Shown here: positions 35,905 through 50,920 of the stretch, piece after piece | How the letters are laid out: every line of letters begins with the position of its first letter | How positions within the stretch are numbered: position 1 is the first letter of the stretch | Assembly (NCBI GenBank): GCA_021613535.1 | Contig: CP075493.1 | Span: 12,772,001-12,836,000, forward strand | DNA: 64,000 nucleotides | Direction: 5' to 3' | From: Adineta vaga | Taxonomy: Eukaryota; Animalia; Rotifera | Made by a program: the position numbers and the translations under genes | Notes under the pieces: model-generated | What the model saw: only the letters and a program-made list of their open reading frames with translations | What the model was told of the DNA's origin: nothing | Databases searched by the model: none

Positions 35905-36679
35905 TGGCAAATCTCAAATTATTACCAGTTTTCAAAAACTGCCTCTTATTTCATGTTGTCTCGGGAATCAGTTACGTAAACGTTGTTAAAATGGAAAACT
36001 GTGCGAGCACATCATGTATGAGATATTTACTTTTCTATGAAAATTTGAGTTTCTATTATTAGATACATGTTTTAACGATTCTGCACTATCTATATGCTGA
36101 GAGAGCTGGCAGATATCCAGATATCAGATATTTACTTTTGCAGGAAGACTTCAAACTTCTAGATAGATTAAATATATTATTAAGAGTTATCTATCTACAC
36201 GCAGAAAAAGTCAGCAGATATCAGACGTCAGATATTTAGTTTTAGCTCAGGGTCCTGATATGATAACGACTGGTGAATGATATCGGTTTAAATGGTTTTC
36301 TTTAATTATTTTCGTCATCCACAAAATTGTTATCACTTCAAAATGTTCAGCGAAAAGTAAATATCTGATATCTGATGTCTAATAAGTGGGTTAGTTCCAG
36401 AATGGATAAACAACTCTAGATTTGTTCTCTACAGTGACTCAGCTTGATTTAATGATCTATGAGACTAAATATCTGATATCTGGCATACGATACTTTGAAT
36501 GGGGTTAAGAAAAACATCAAGAATTTTCACATGAAATTGAAAATTTTTAAACATCTCACTTCAAATAAATAATCTAGTAGAATTTGAATTTTTTAAAATT
36601 TTCATTCTTCCTAAGTATGAAAATTTTTTAAATTTGAAAACGTTATTTTTGAAAACTGGTAATAATTTGAGATTTGCCA
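35905..36679. mobile_element. Non-autonomous DNA transposon-like element with 34-bp terminal inverted repeats
   Basis: TGGCAAATCTCAAATTATTACCAGTTTTCAAAAA (35905-35938) is the exact reverse complement of 36646-36679; internal AGATATTTA(C/G)TTTT motifs occur in both orientations; no clear TSD. Confidence 0.7.
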
Positions 36680-36811
36680 GTCCATGCTTTTCGAAGGACA
36701 TCAACAAAAAAAATATTTATTGGTAATTGGATACCGAGAATTTATTCAAATATGAATAGCTGTTCTGTTCTTTGAGTATCGCTGAAAAAAAATGATGTTA
36801 TTTTTTTAGTA

Positions 36812-38438
36812 ATGCGTCTCAAAAAATTAAAATGGTGTTTCTTTCTTAATACAATATTCATTATTTTTATTTTATCTCTCATAAATATGTCGAATATAAC
36901 TCAAACAATATTTCAACCTATTGAATCTATACAAGAATGTCGACTACTAAATTTTACGTATGAAAATGTAATTAAAAAATCTGATATACGAATTTATAAT
37001 TGTACGAAAATAATGAAACATTTTGTCAATCATTCAAGATTTGATTCTGCAAAGCATTTATTAACTGTTCATTGTCCTTTAACACAAAATCTATCGATTG
37101 TTCTTTCACCAAATTATATCATTGATCGAACACGAGGTAATCGAACACAAACCCAAGTTGATCAATTAATTAAACGTTCACCAAATATTTATCAATTACA
37201 AAAACGTCAACTTGAATTAAATTATGTATTGAAAGCAATTCGAACGAAAGATACATTTGAAATTTCTATAGCCGAAGATGAACTATTTACAGTGACATGT
37301 AATAATCACGAACAATTGTTTATTCAAACAATTATTAAAACTGAAGTAGAAAAAAAACTTCCGAAGAGAAAATCATCATCACGATCACCGCCAGTAATTA
37401 TCATCCAATTTGATAGTTTAAGTCGATTACATTTCTACCGAAAAATGCCTAAAACAACGGATTTTATTTGGAGAAATTTATCACAATCGAAAGAGAAATA
37501 TACAATTCTTGATTATCAAAAATATCATACTCTAGGTCGAAATACAGATCCAAATTTGCGTGTAATTTTTTGTGCAAGTGGTAAATATGGTTGGGGGGAA
37601 AAGTAATTCATGGTTTAAAACTTGGTGGAGATGGTGTCGAAAAGATGATTATATTTTTAATATATTTAAACGAAATGGATATATTACATCATTAGCAGTG
37701 AATGTTTGTCAAGATTTAATACGAGATTATGTTGGTAACAGTAAAGATTTTCATGTTGATTATGAAAGTATAACATGGGCATGTCATCCAGAATATGATT
37801 TAGATGGACAATGGGATGATTTCTATGGACCTTATGGAAAACATCCAAGATGTATTGATGGAAAATATGTACATACATACTTATTCGATTATGTTAAAGA
37901 TTTTGTAGAGAAACATGATAAAAAACCATTTCCATATGTGAAATTTCTTTCTTTAACAGAAGGACATGAAGGTACAATGGAAATTGTTGGATTAATGGAT
38001 CATGAATTGAGAGAATTATTAGTTTATTTAACTTCATCACAATTAAAACAACCACCAATGATATTTCTCTTAAGTGATCATGGTCTTCATTATGGTTCTA
38101 TGTTTGCTCAAACGATTGCTGGAAAAATGGAAGCACGATTACCTCTTCTATTACCGATTATTCCCACTAAATATTTAAGTCAATCATCAAAACAAATTCT
38201 TACCGAAAATCAAAATCGTTTTGCTACACATCGAGATTTCTATTGGACATTATATAATATTGCTACGAATCAACAAGATAAATTACTAACACGACATGAT
38301 GTGAGACGATCAAGTCTATTTAATAAACTACCTGCAGAAAGAGATTGTATTTCCGAAGGAATTCCTAAATATCTTTGTGCTTGTAGTGATGATGGTGTTA
38401 ATTTTAATCCAGAATTACTTCTAAGAAAAATAGATTAA
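36812..38438 (+). CDS. DUF229/alkaline-phosphatase-superfamily type II membrane protein; one frameshift near G6 run 37593-37598
   Basis: N-terminal TM; FDSLSRLHFYRKMPKT, GRNTDPN; second frame GYITS, EGHEG, LSDHG, EARLP, C-terminal CISEGIPKYLCAC. Confidence 0.75.
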
Positions 38439-38892
38439 TAGTTAATTTCATAAAGAAAAATGTAAATACGTGTATTAAAATCTTCCACAAGACGCTCTTA
38501 ATCTGTTTGAAGAGAGTAGATCGAGTAGCAAAGAATAAACGGCTTAGTTTAGTGGCACTACGATCATTCAATTACAACGCGACATACATTGAACGATCCA
38601 TTCGCAGAAAAAAAAGTTAGCGATAAACTGTTGACTTTTCATCCAAGAAAATTGTGTACGAATTTCGCATTTAGATATAAACTTCCATAGATCAACTTGA
38701 TAGCTTTCAAAGTCATATGGACATATCGATCCAATCTGCAAGATGAAAAACGAAGCATAAGAGTGAGCACACTTCTCTAAAATAGCATTGTTCACGATCA
38801 TCGCACACCTAAGATTAATAAAAAGAAGAACTATGTACTCTTTATTTTTATTAAATTTTAAGAAAATTTTATTGATCTATCCTATAGAAAAA

Positions 38893-39832
38893 TTAATTCA
38901 ATGTCACATTTAAATTGTCCATTGAAAATTGTTGACCTAATCCAGTTACATTTTGATAGTACACAGTATCATAAGAATATGTTTGAAAATTAAGTGTTGT
39001 TAAATTAAACCAATTAAGAGTAATTGTTCGTGCATAACTTGTATTAACAAGTAAATCTTGTTGATATACTACAGTACTGGTACCTCGTATACCTTTTAGT
39101 AATAAATGTAATGGATCTTCATAGGCAGCACTTGCTACAAACGAATGAACATTAAATGATGAATTATTTTGAGTCATATTCATGGATGTTCCATTACGAT
39201 TTAAGATAATGTAAGCACCACTAACTAAAGCTCTTCGAAAACCATTTGATGTTGGTAAACCTGTCACATTTGCGTACCAACCATTGACCCAATTGAAACA
39301 TCTGTAAAAACTCGGTACAGCACCTTGAACTGAAGATGCGTTAATAATATCATCAAAAGTTATTGTCATAAATCGCGCAGCACACGGTGACATCGTTGAT
39401 ACTTAAACGAGAACAGTAGTCGACAGTGTTGTTTCTCTTTATTCTACAAATTGACTTACTCATTTGTGTTGTTAGTTGACTTGTTTGAGTCGATACATAT
39501 GTGGAAACTTTCATTGTTGTCATCGTGATTCGTGGAGGAGGTGAATGAAATAAATAAACAGAACTATTGTCATTAGAATCAAAAGAATAATCTGTAGTGA
39601 AGTTGGTGTAAAACAAACATTGAGATTTATTTTTTGAGCAATTTATAATGGAATAAGGTGTATTAGACGTAATTGCGTAGCAAAGACATTGCTGACAAGT
39701 TGTGGAATAGTTGAATATATACGATGCGTTAATACCTTGGGGTTTGGAATATAAATTCGATTTGCTATGAATCCAATGCCAATAGTCGAAACAGAGCATA
39801 AATTTATAAGAAAAAGCAAACAAGGAAACATG
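38893..39832 (-). CDS. Secreted protein (Cys-containing N-domain, Thr-rich linker, beta-rich C-domain); one frameshift near 39740, 2 exons
   Basis: Signal peptide MFPCLLFLINLCSVST in one frame; CQQCLC domain in the adjacent frame; intron ~39402-39460; C-domain ITFDDI...FNWVN...FSMDNL. Confidence 0.55.
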
Positions 39833-41017
39833 ATTAATGAATCAAAGTGAAAGCTCATTTAATGATATGTTCAAAGATGTTTTTATATACTTCAAATATC
39901 GACACATTTCAGACAATAAGTATACTTAGTTTTTTTTTCGAGAGTTTGCTAACTATCGAAGTGGTAGGCAGAAATTCTTTTATTCTATATGATTTAAAAC
40001 AACGAAATATTTGTTTTAAGAAATTCATGTTATACAAGTCGGAATTAGAGAGACCTAAGTTACTTCTATGCATATGTTTCCGAATCGATTTAAACAATGA
40101 AGCATTTAGTGATGAAGAGTTCTAATTTAATACAATATATAATATTTTCTATTGGAGAAAACACTTTTAAGTTAATGTACTTTTTTTGAAAATCAGCTTT
40201 TTCTTCACATCTCAAGAAAGTAGTTTAAATTGACGACCTTCACTAAAGTAGATAATGGCACGACCACATATGCAAAAAATGATATGTTTGCATGATTTTA
40301 TTGAAATTAGATCAATAGTGCCGAAGATGAATAAACATGAAGGTGTAGATGAAAAAGACAAGATATTCAAATTCATACGTAGTCCGGTTATATATATATT
40401 TAAAAAAATACAAGATCACAATTCACCCATTGTATGTTACAAGAGTATTCTTGAAATAAAAATATTCTGTTTCAAAACAAATACATTCTATATGAATCGA
40501 CTTATTAAGGGCGAGGATGAGTGCACTAGTAAATAAAAATTATCCACATCTTCAATATAAAACAAGATCTGACTTGTACATAAAACTCGATTGCATTTTA
40601 TATGACACTTTTTTCTTATAGAAATAAAAAGAAATGTGTGAGCTACGTTTTGTTTTTCATTTCTTTCATTGTTGATATGAAATCGTATATAAATGTCACG
40701 TTTCTCGTTCTTTTTTTTCCTTTCTATTTGCATAATTTCATACTTCTTACATCATGATGTTGAGAAAGCCAAACAAAAAATATTTTTGTTCGACTTTGGT
40801 TGAAAATCAAAAGTGTGCATGCGAACATATTACAAAATCCCGAAGCTATTGCAAGGGCTAATTGGAAACAAATAACACAAATGTTTGTTTGTTTCTGCCG
40901 ATACGGACTACATACTGAATACAGAATCTATTCTGAAGGGATCACAAGAGAATGATATTTGAAAAGTTCTATTATTGTTTGTGTCAATACATCATTAATA
41001 AAACATTTTACTTTCAG

Positions 41018-42062
41018 ATGAATAGACAACTAGAGCAAAGTACAATTACAGATGAAACTAAACAGACGGTACTAAGACCAGTTCGTGGATTAATTGAAGC
41101 AGAACTGATACGTGAAAGATTATATGAAGCGCTTCTTGTGTCTGTGAGAACATGGCTATCGGATCGTCCTAGCAAAGTTCGATGGTCTGATATACAAATT
41201 TCACATATTCTCTTACGTTATATATTTAATAAGAAAGCAACAATCTCTCGGCCAATACCTGATCCAATATTTGTCATCGGTACATCTTCAATCGCGAGAC
41301 GACAACTCTATCGTGATTTGGAAGTTATGCAAGTATCTGATGGCATACAATTGGCTGATTTAATCGACCATGAACTTATACTTGCAGCACTGGATATGTG
41401 TACGACACAGATTGACATGGATGAATCAGTTATTCTTTCACCGAAGATGGGTGGAAAACTAATCTATCGAAATCGAATTCAAAACGATTTTTCTCGACTC
41501 GCTCAACGCTATGGATATGAGTACTACAATGCAGCGTATGCGTTAGGTATTCGTTATTCTTACCTACGTTTATTAAATCATGGTTTAGCTCGAGCATATA
41601 AAAATGAAACAAAGCTTAGTTCAAATTATCCACTCGCATGTGAATGTTTCGCTTCGGCTTTCAATCATTATTTCGACAATTACTATTCTGCTTTTCCTGA
41701 TCTCGAAGTATGTTTCGGCTCACGTGGATGTTTTTAAAGCAAATTGGGAACGAGAACCTGATGGTATTACCTATTACTTAAATCCACCTTTTGATCCATC
41801 TTTTATGGAACTATGCGTAGATCGTATTTTTGATGTTTTAAAAGATCGTCTAGTTCCACATGCTAAATTCGTTTTTATTGTACCTGGAAGTTGGACAGAT
41901 TTTACAGCTTTGGAAAAACTAAAATCAAGTCCTTGGACTGTGAATATCATCGATTATTCACAAGGTCAATTACCTTTTATTGATCATATGGCTAAAGAAG
42001 GACGTCAGATTATTTATCCAACAGACATTTGTGAAGTGACCATAACAAATTCCATAACTTGA
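41018..42062 (+). CDS. PCIF1/CAPAM-type amino-methyltransferase domain protein without WW domain; frame break at 41731-41737
   Basis: ECFASAFNHYFDNYYSAFPDLEVCFGSRG (frame 1) and YYLNPPF...FVFIVPGSW (frame 2) match the PCIF1 catalytic domain. Confidence 0.75.
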
Positions 42063-42233
42063 CTTGACCCAAATATGGATCAATCTTTCCGTTAGTGCAT
42101 ATTCAAATTTGTCTGATAATATTTATTACAGATTTTCTTCTTCCATTAATTTTCAAAAATAAAATAAAAGCATTTTCAACCTCCGATGTCAATACATATT
42201 TTATTCTTCTGCTTCTAGATTGATTTGAAAAGT

Positions 42234-42906
42234 ATGGTTGAGAACAATTGTATGCTTTATGGTTGGTTTAATTATTTACAGGAATATGTCGGAGCAACAA
42301 ATGAAGAACTTGATTATTTAAAATGTTTTCATGATCTGAAATCAAAGCAAGAAATCTCTAGAGTGACGACAGATGAAAGATATGATGGTCCATCTATGAT
42401 TATTGATAATTTTCTTTATCATGGTGATTTTAATCATGGACGTAATGTAGAATTACTTAGAAAACTCAATATTCAACATATTATTAATGTGAGTAATTTC
42501 AAAGTGAAAAAAGAAATCTTAATGAATTTTAATGTATTATGGATTGATCTACATGATACACCTTTAACGGATATTCGTGAACATTTTGATCAGACAAACG
42601 AGTTCTTGAATACATGTCGATCGAAGAATGAAAAAGTACTAGTTCATTGTCAAATGGGTGTTTCTCGTTCGGCTTCAATTGTTCTTGCTTATCTCTTGAA
42701 GTGAGAAAGATATTTTTACTATCAGTCTATAATCTTCGAAGTTTTTCAGACATCATCATCACAATCTACATGATGCTTATGATCATTTACTTGAACGACG
42801 ACAAGTTTCTGAACCAAATGATGGGTTTTTTATTCAATTGATTCGTTATGAAAAGGAATTAAGTGCGCACAATCTAAACCATACAGATTCAATCGGAGAT
42901 ATTTAA
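42234..42906 (+). CDS. Dual-specificity protein phosphatase
   Basis: PSMIIDNFLYHG, IQHIINVS, VLVHCQMGVSRSASIVLAYLL, intron at 42701, EPNDGFFIQL; the 5' end may include an upstream exon (acceptor AG at 42217-42218). Confidence 0.8.
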
Positions 42907-42949
42907 TAAAATGTTATTAAGCGTTAATTTTCATGTGAAGAAAGTTTTA

Positions 42950-44340
42950 AATTCAATGTCGAAAAGTAGTATAACGTCGAAGATTCGTAATTACTACTTC
43001 CTGGAACACTTTTTTTTATACATCTCAGAAGGTAATATATATATCAAACTAATCAGCAACGGCGGAATAAAAGAAATAAAATAGCTGACTAAAAATAACC
43101 ATGGATCACGCGCTGATTTCATGCAACCAGTAAGAATGAAAATGATCCGTCGGGCCATTTTTTTACTTTTTTTCTTGTCAAAATGAATCCCTTTCATCAT
43201 GGTTATAGCACGCTCAACAGCTACGCATGCACTCAGTCAATCGCCAAAAGCTAAAAGAAATCGTAGAATAACATCTACTGAAACACAATTTATGAATAAT
43301 AATTTGCGATTCACGATGATTGATATTTGTGCTATTAGCAAAACCAGAATTCGTAACTGAAAACACATAGAACTAATATAGAGTTAATAGATATGACTTG
43401 TAAATAGATTCCATTACCAACTTCACGAAGACTTCAGACCGAAAATGTTAACAAAAAGAGTGTATTGTCGATAAGACCGACAAATAACTAATGGTGGTTA
43501 CACCAATTGAAAGTTTTACTGAAGATCTTTGACGAAATATCGATAAATGTGGTAGAATTTGATAGCCTAAAATAGTATCGAGCGAAAGGGTTAAACCATT
43601 GGCTGATAATTGACATTTACTGCTGAAAATGTAAGGGTTGAGTTCTTCTGAAGATGACCAAGATAAAAGTTTAACTGAATTGTAATAAAGAGAATGTTAA
43701 ATGGCTTTGTTACTAATAATGTTACTTCATCGACATGTAATGGTATTTTTCTCATTGTAGTTACTCGTGTTGGCTCTGCTCCCTTATTGACTGTGATAAA
43801 ATGAACAATAATTGATTGTGGAATTTCTATTTCTTTGCTGAATGATATTAGGATTTTATTTTCTTTCAGCTCACAATTTGAACCCCAGAAACCTTTTGAA
43901 CATACACAAGTAAAATTATGTCGCGATGATATACGTTCATCGATTGGTACGCAGACGCCACCGTCCTTACAGGTATCAAAATGACAGATCGATTGAAGAA
44001 AACATCGAGGACCTAGTTTTCTCAATGAACATACGCAGATGTGTCGATTTCGAGTAATTCCGACGCAAAAAGAACCGTTCGAACAAGTACAATTTAAGGG
44101 TACAGTACAGTGAGATCTTGACCAACCTGAATAGTATTGACAGTAATAGGATTGTTCCAGTACATTGATATACTTAGTACAATATCCATGAATACAATTC
44201 AGTAAACATTCTTTCACCATCGCACTCTGTTTTATAGGAATAAAATATTTGCAATTCATCTATGTTTAAATAATGCAACAATAATTTACCTCTTAGTCTA
44301 AAATCAATATGCATCCTATCACATCGATTTGAACATTTTA
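42950..44340 (-). pseudogene. Decayed EGF-repeat 7TM receptor relic
   Basis: EGF repeats (CKDGGVCVP...CVCSKGFWGSNCE), ACVAVER, CMKSARDPWLFLVSYFISFIPP; multiple stops and frameshifts. Confidence 0.7.
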
Positions 44341-44733
44341 TACTACCTACAAATATGACAATCGATATTAGTGATAACAGACTACAGAATGATGCTACCA
44401 TTAAGAAAACGCGTTTCATGATATGGAGAATATGGAATGAAATCGTAACATTCTTAACAAAAGCCTTAAATACAAAGATGTGTATATTAAGTATTATGTA
44501 TTGTAACTGCATTATACTATATTATTCCAATCCACTCAACTAATATCATCTATAGTTGGTAAGTGCCATAACTTACTGCAAAAAATCTCTTCTGACATAG
44601 GATAACTCATAAGATTTTTAGGAATATGTATATGAACAAAAGTACTGTATAGATTTAATATATTATTTTCTTATAAATATACGTTCATATTTTTATTTTT
44701 GATTGATTCAAAATAAGTATATATTTATTCGTT

Positions 44734-45288
44734 TTATGAAACCCAAAGCATTCTTCGTGATAATTCTTTTAATTTGCCATTGCTAGCATCAAATGAATAA
44801 AGAATCAAATTTCCTTCACCAGCCAGATAATGTTGAGTAAAACTTTTATAAACCAATACGAGATTTGTCTTCTTATCATAGGCTGGTAAGGAAATCGATG
44901 TTAAACCATGAACTTTTGGATTATCTTTGTATAGTTTATCCCATCCACCACCATTTTCTATGAAATATTTAGAAAATTTCTCAGCTGTATCAATAATATA
45001 TCCTTTGGTTGGATTTGATTCAATTGTTAAACTTGTAGCTTCTCGATTTTTTTCAATCAGTTGTTGAATTAATGGACGAACACTGTATCCATTGACAACG
45101 AATGGATCGAATGATATGGAGTCTTCATTTAGACGCTGTAATGTCGTTTTAGAATTTACAACAGTATATCCATTATCAGGATAGTTTTCTTCCAAAATTA
45201 ATGATAATAATTTGTTATCGTTATCATTGATTGGTAAGGATATCACATTCGATTGTATAATCAATAAAAGTAAGACGTAATGAAGCAT
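44734..45288 (-). CDS. Secreted hypothetical protein, intronless, bacterial-like domain
   Basis: 184-aa ORF with signal peptide; GGWDKLYKDNP...SLPAYD..TNLVLVY...AGEG pattern resembles uncharacterised bacterial exported proteins. Confidence 0.55.
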   Translation of the reverse strand: MLHYVLLLLIIQSNVISLPINDNDNKLLSLILEENYPDNGYTVVNSKTTLQRLNEDSISFDPFVVNGYSVRPLIQQLIEKNREATSLTIESNPTKGYIIDTAEKFSKYFIENGGGWDKLYKDNPKVHGLTSISLPAYDKKTNLVLVYKSFTQHYLAGEGNLILYSFDASNGKLKELSRRMLWVS

Positions 45289-45858
45289 TTCTGCGAGCTA
45301 TATAGTTTTACCTGTGTCCTGTAGAATAACGAATATAGGAAAAAATCGTTTCTTATTTATATAAATATTTTGGAGAGAATGAAGAATCGTTTTAAAGACT
45401 TTTATCCTAATCAAATAGACAAAAGTATTATACACTAAACACTATTCTCAAGTTTTATTAGTTCTTAGATTTAAAATATATGAAGTTATGCATAATCTAT
45501 ACTGTATTATATATCAGGAAACTTTTATAATCGAATTTGTTCTCGATTCAACAACGAAAATATTTATTTTAGTATAGATTCTAGATTTCACAAAAGAACA
45601 TAATCTTTCTATCATATTATACAACGGAGAAGGAAAGAAATCGATAATATAATCGTACACCCTTTAACTTAAGACAAAAAAGAGAGAGAAGAGCATAGAA
45701 ATTTGTTTTGTTTATATATACACCATGCTGACGATACACAAAACAACCGACCAGTTGTGTGTCGTCGTCATTCTCTTTTCTTTCTTTATCTCCTATATTC
45801 ATTTATATCTTATTTTTGTTCACATTGACAACGAATAAAAGTACGCTTGTTATAAACT

Positions 45859-47543
<1,685 letters not shown>

Positions 47544-48491
47544 TATTTCTAGAGTGAACGTATCTGTGTAAGATTATTTACTAAAATAAAAGATTTTTCA
47601 TTGATATAATATGATGAAATTTCAATAAAACGAACAGATTAGTAGAAAAGGTGACCATATCTTCTGAATGTCTTTAAGCGTTCTGAATTACGTGATTTTT
47701 GTTATTTCTTAATTTTCCCAAGCTAATATCTTTTACATGATAACGTCATTACCAAACTACAGAATATGATTATTAAAATCATGAGCTAAGTATAAAATCA
47801 TTTGATTTGGAGACAAAGTTATGTTTCTGCGCACACAGTAACATTCAATAAATAAATTTCATAAATATCTTCCAGATCAAAGGCATTCGTCAAAATTAAT
47901 AAATAAGAAGTGCGTAGAAAAAGAACAAATTTAGATTATCTAATAATTAGATGTCGTTTTGTTTCAGCTCTCATTATGTATAGTACATATTTTGTTTATT
48001 GCAAAATCGATGCCGTCACTTTGGTATTTACCTTTATTTAATAAATGCAACACAACACTAAGTACCTTTTACTGTTGAGTAAAAGCTAAATTATATATCG
48101 TGGATAATAACCTTTTAGATGACAGGAAGTAACAGATAAAAATCGACGAGATCATTTTGTGAGTCATTATTTTTAAAAAAGCTTGTCTTTTTTGATTCGC
48201 AAGTTTTTGGTCTGGCCACCCTGATTCACATTCTCGATGTCAAATCAGAAATTTATAGAAAAAAAACGAGTGTCAATTTGATCAATGGCTGTGGTCCCAA
48301 GGGACCGAAAGTGATGCTTCAGTCTCATAACTTTAGAGTTGTGTTAACCACTGATCACGGCTCGTCTTTTATGTTTCATATCGAAAACATATATAAGTTG
48401 TGTGCTGTTGCATGTTGTGCAATTCTTTTTCTTCCTTTCCTATGTTATGAAATTTATGCGCAAATGCAAAAGAAAAGATTCGAACCACTCA

Positions 48492-49511
48492 TCACTGTTC
48501 TCGTTCGTTATAGGGTAAAATGACGTCATGACGTCTCCGTTGAATAGATTCGACCAATATTCCACCTTGTGGTACTATTTGATTGTGTTGAAATCTTTTC
48601 CAAATCATACTTTTTAGTTGTGATGTGAAAATAACCATTACAAAACTAATGGCACAGACTGATAAATTAATTGAAAACCATTCGATACGATAAAAAAGTG
48701 GATGTTCTATGCCTGTTATATAAAACATAAGCAAAATAATCAGGCCCGGCGCTCCGAGTATGACTAATAGACTGGTTATTATGAGAATACGTTTGATTAC
48801 AACTAAATCACGTTTTTGACGTTGTTTAACTATGAATGATTGATTAGTCGGTTGTTGACGAAGAAATACAAAAATGCGTAAATATATCAATGATAAATTC
48901 AAAAGAGGAATTACATAAATATAAAATAACAACCATAGTGTACTACGAGTATTTGTGAAATAGAAAGAACAATAATATTCTCTTGAAAGATAGATAATAT
49001 CATGCCAGAACATAAGCGGACTAAAAACAATACAAATGAGAATAAATTCAATCGGAAATAGAATTGTATAAAACCAAACATTTTGTAGCCATTTATATTT
49101 TGTATATACAATTCGACACAGACGAAAAAATGCCTACGAAACAAATGATTATTGGTTTTGTCGTTCATGAAGTTATACTACCTGATTAACAAAACTACAA
49201 TACAAAGCACAAAGGCAAATAATCATCAGATATCCCATAAAAATACATCGAGATGTATTGAAGTTTTGTTCATAGAGATCACCTAAGAGTGTTTGAATAT
49301 TGAATGAAACCATTATTGTGGCTTGGATGAACAGCAATAGATAAATATGAATGCATAGAATAATCACAGTTTTATCTTCTTGTTTTATACGTATGTTATA
49401 GAGATGATAAATAATGAGAATAAATATGATAAACGAAGTGAAAATTGCCAAGATACCAACACAAAGTGTAGCGATATTTAGTGCATATCCAATACTGTTG
49501 AGATTCATCAT
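48492..49511 (-). CDS. Orphan 7TM receptor, 2 exons
   Basis: Exon 1 (TM1-3) ends FVNQ|gt; exon 2 starts AFFRLCRIVY in frame with the 48492-49013 ORF; QKRDLVVIKRI before TM6. Confidence 0.8.
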
Positions 49512-50169
49512 TTGAATAATTATTCTCAAAAATGATGTACTTAAAATACACAATAAGTTAAGAACATCTGAAGAAGTGCTACTTCAGATTAATTGTCTTT
49601 TTATTTTGATTATATCAACAACTAGATTATGAAAGAATTTTTTATAGGAAGTTTTTAATATTCTTAATTGGACTTTAAGTCTAATATGATAATGATGGAC
49701 TTTTATAGATATTGAGGGTGTTGAAAGAGCATCGAGCTATCGCTTAATTGTTTCAAGTTTTTTAAGTTTAATCTATCTATCGCTAAAAATAATTATACCT
49801 GTATTCAAAGAATAGTAATACGTAGGTGTTCGACTAGGTCATGAAATACATCCTTCTATTTTATCAAGTTGTTTATCTCTTACTAATTTCAACGAACTTT
49901 AATTGAAAAATTTGTTTTAATAAGTCATACAAAACAAGCTTGTTTACAAGCAAATATCAAATAATGTTGTTTTTTGTCGATATTGCAATGAGGTATACCG
50001 ATTTTGTTGTGTTATTGATAAAATAATATACCATTCCATAAATTATATCTTCAATCTTGAAATTTTCTCGTTTTTAAACAAAATAAAGAAAAAATAATGG
50101 AAAACGTTTGAGAATTTTTGCAATCTAACAAACGAGAGGACGAGTGATACCCATGATAGTGGATATGCA

Positions 50170-50620
50170 TCAACATTTGAAGGTAAGATTTCCAAATAAG
50201 ATAGTGATGCTCAATGAAATAAAGAATATATCAACAATTTGATGCCTGAATAGTAAAAAAAACCTTTTTTTCAATTGAGATTGTGGTAAATGACTATCAA
50301 ATAATAATTCAATTAATAAGGCCGCCGAACATTGATCGAGAAATAATGTTTGTAAATGTTCATCTATATGCATTGGATAACAAAACATTGTTTCACAATC
50401 GTATGTTAAACAAGTGACAATTTTCAAATAAAAGGAACACAATTGATGAAAACGATTAAGAACTCGAAAAACGACGTGAAAATCAAGAATATCATCATAA
50501 ACATCCGAATGTAATCGACCGTAACTACAAATCAAAAGTAAATGAATGCATATTAAGTAATAATGAAGAATTATAAATTAATGTTTTAAAATAATCATAT
50601 GGAATATCTTCAATCATAAC
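50170..50620 (-). pseudogene. Degraded F-box/LRR-like relic
   Basis: Fragments (FKTLIYNSSLLL; RVLNRFHQLCSFYLKI; HLQTLFLDQC) with stops; family assignment tentative. Confidence 0.3.
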
Positions 50621-50920
50621 AAACAACCCACACCCACACCCTCTTTGATTGAATGTGATTAAAAAAAGGGGCATCTTGAAGATGTAGGTGTGCACACGAT
50701 TGTAACTCTTAATAATTCGACATATGTTTGATTTTACGATCAACAATGTGAATAAATTCCTACGTTGAAAAAGTATTTATCTATTGCTTGAAAGAATACC
50801 ATGAAGCACATGGATATCTACCTGTCTACTGTAAAAAATTGATAAAAGTACTTTTTAAAGATGACCTTTTGATATGATATAAATAAAAAGCAACATTTCA
50901 TTTTTTCAACCTAAGAAAAA

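Noticed and set aside
37603-37630. 28-nt GT-AG intron that would repair the DUF229 frame
   Set aside because: Much shorter than other introns here and lacks a pyrimidine tract; an extra G in the G6 run is simpler
41018-42906. RNA-capping module (PCIF1-like + phosphatase)
   Set aside because: The phosphatase loop HCQMGVSRS is the protein-DUSP type, not the HCTHG RNA-triphosphatase type
47647-48223. Possible hAT-like element (AAGGTGACCATA ... TCTGGCCACCCTG)
   Set aside because: Only about 9/12 match and no target-site duplication
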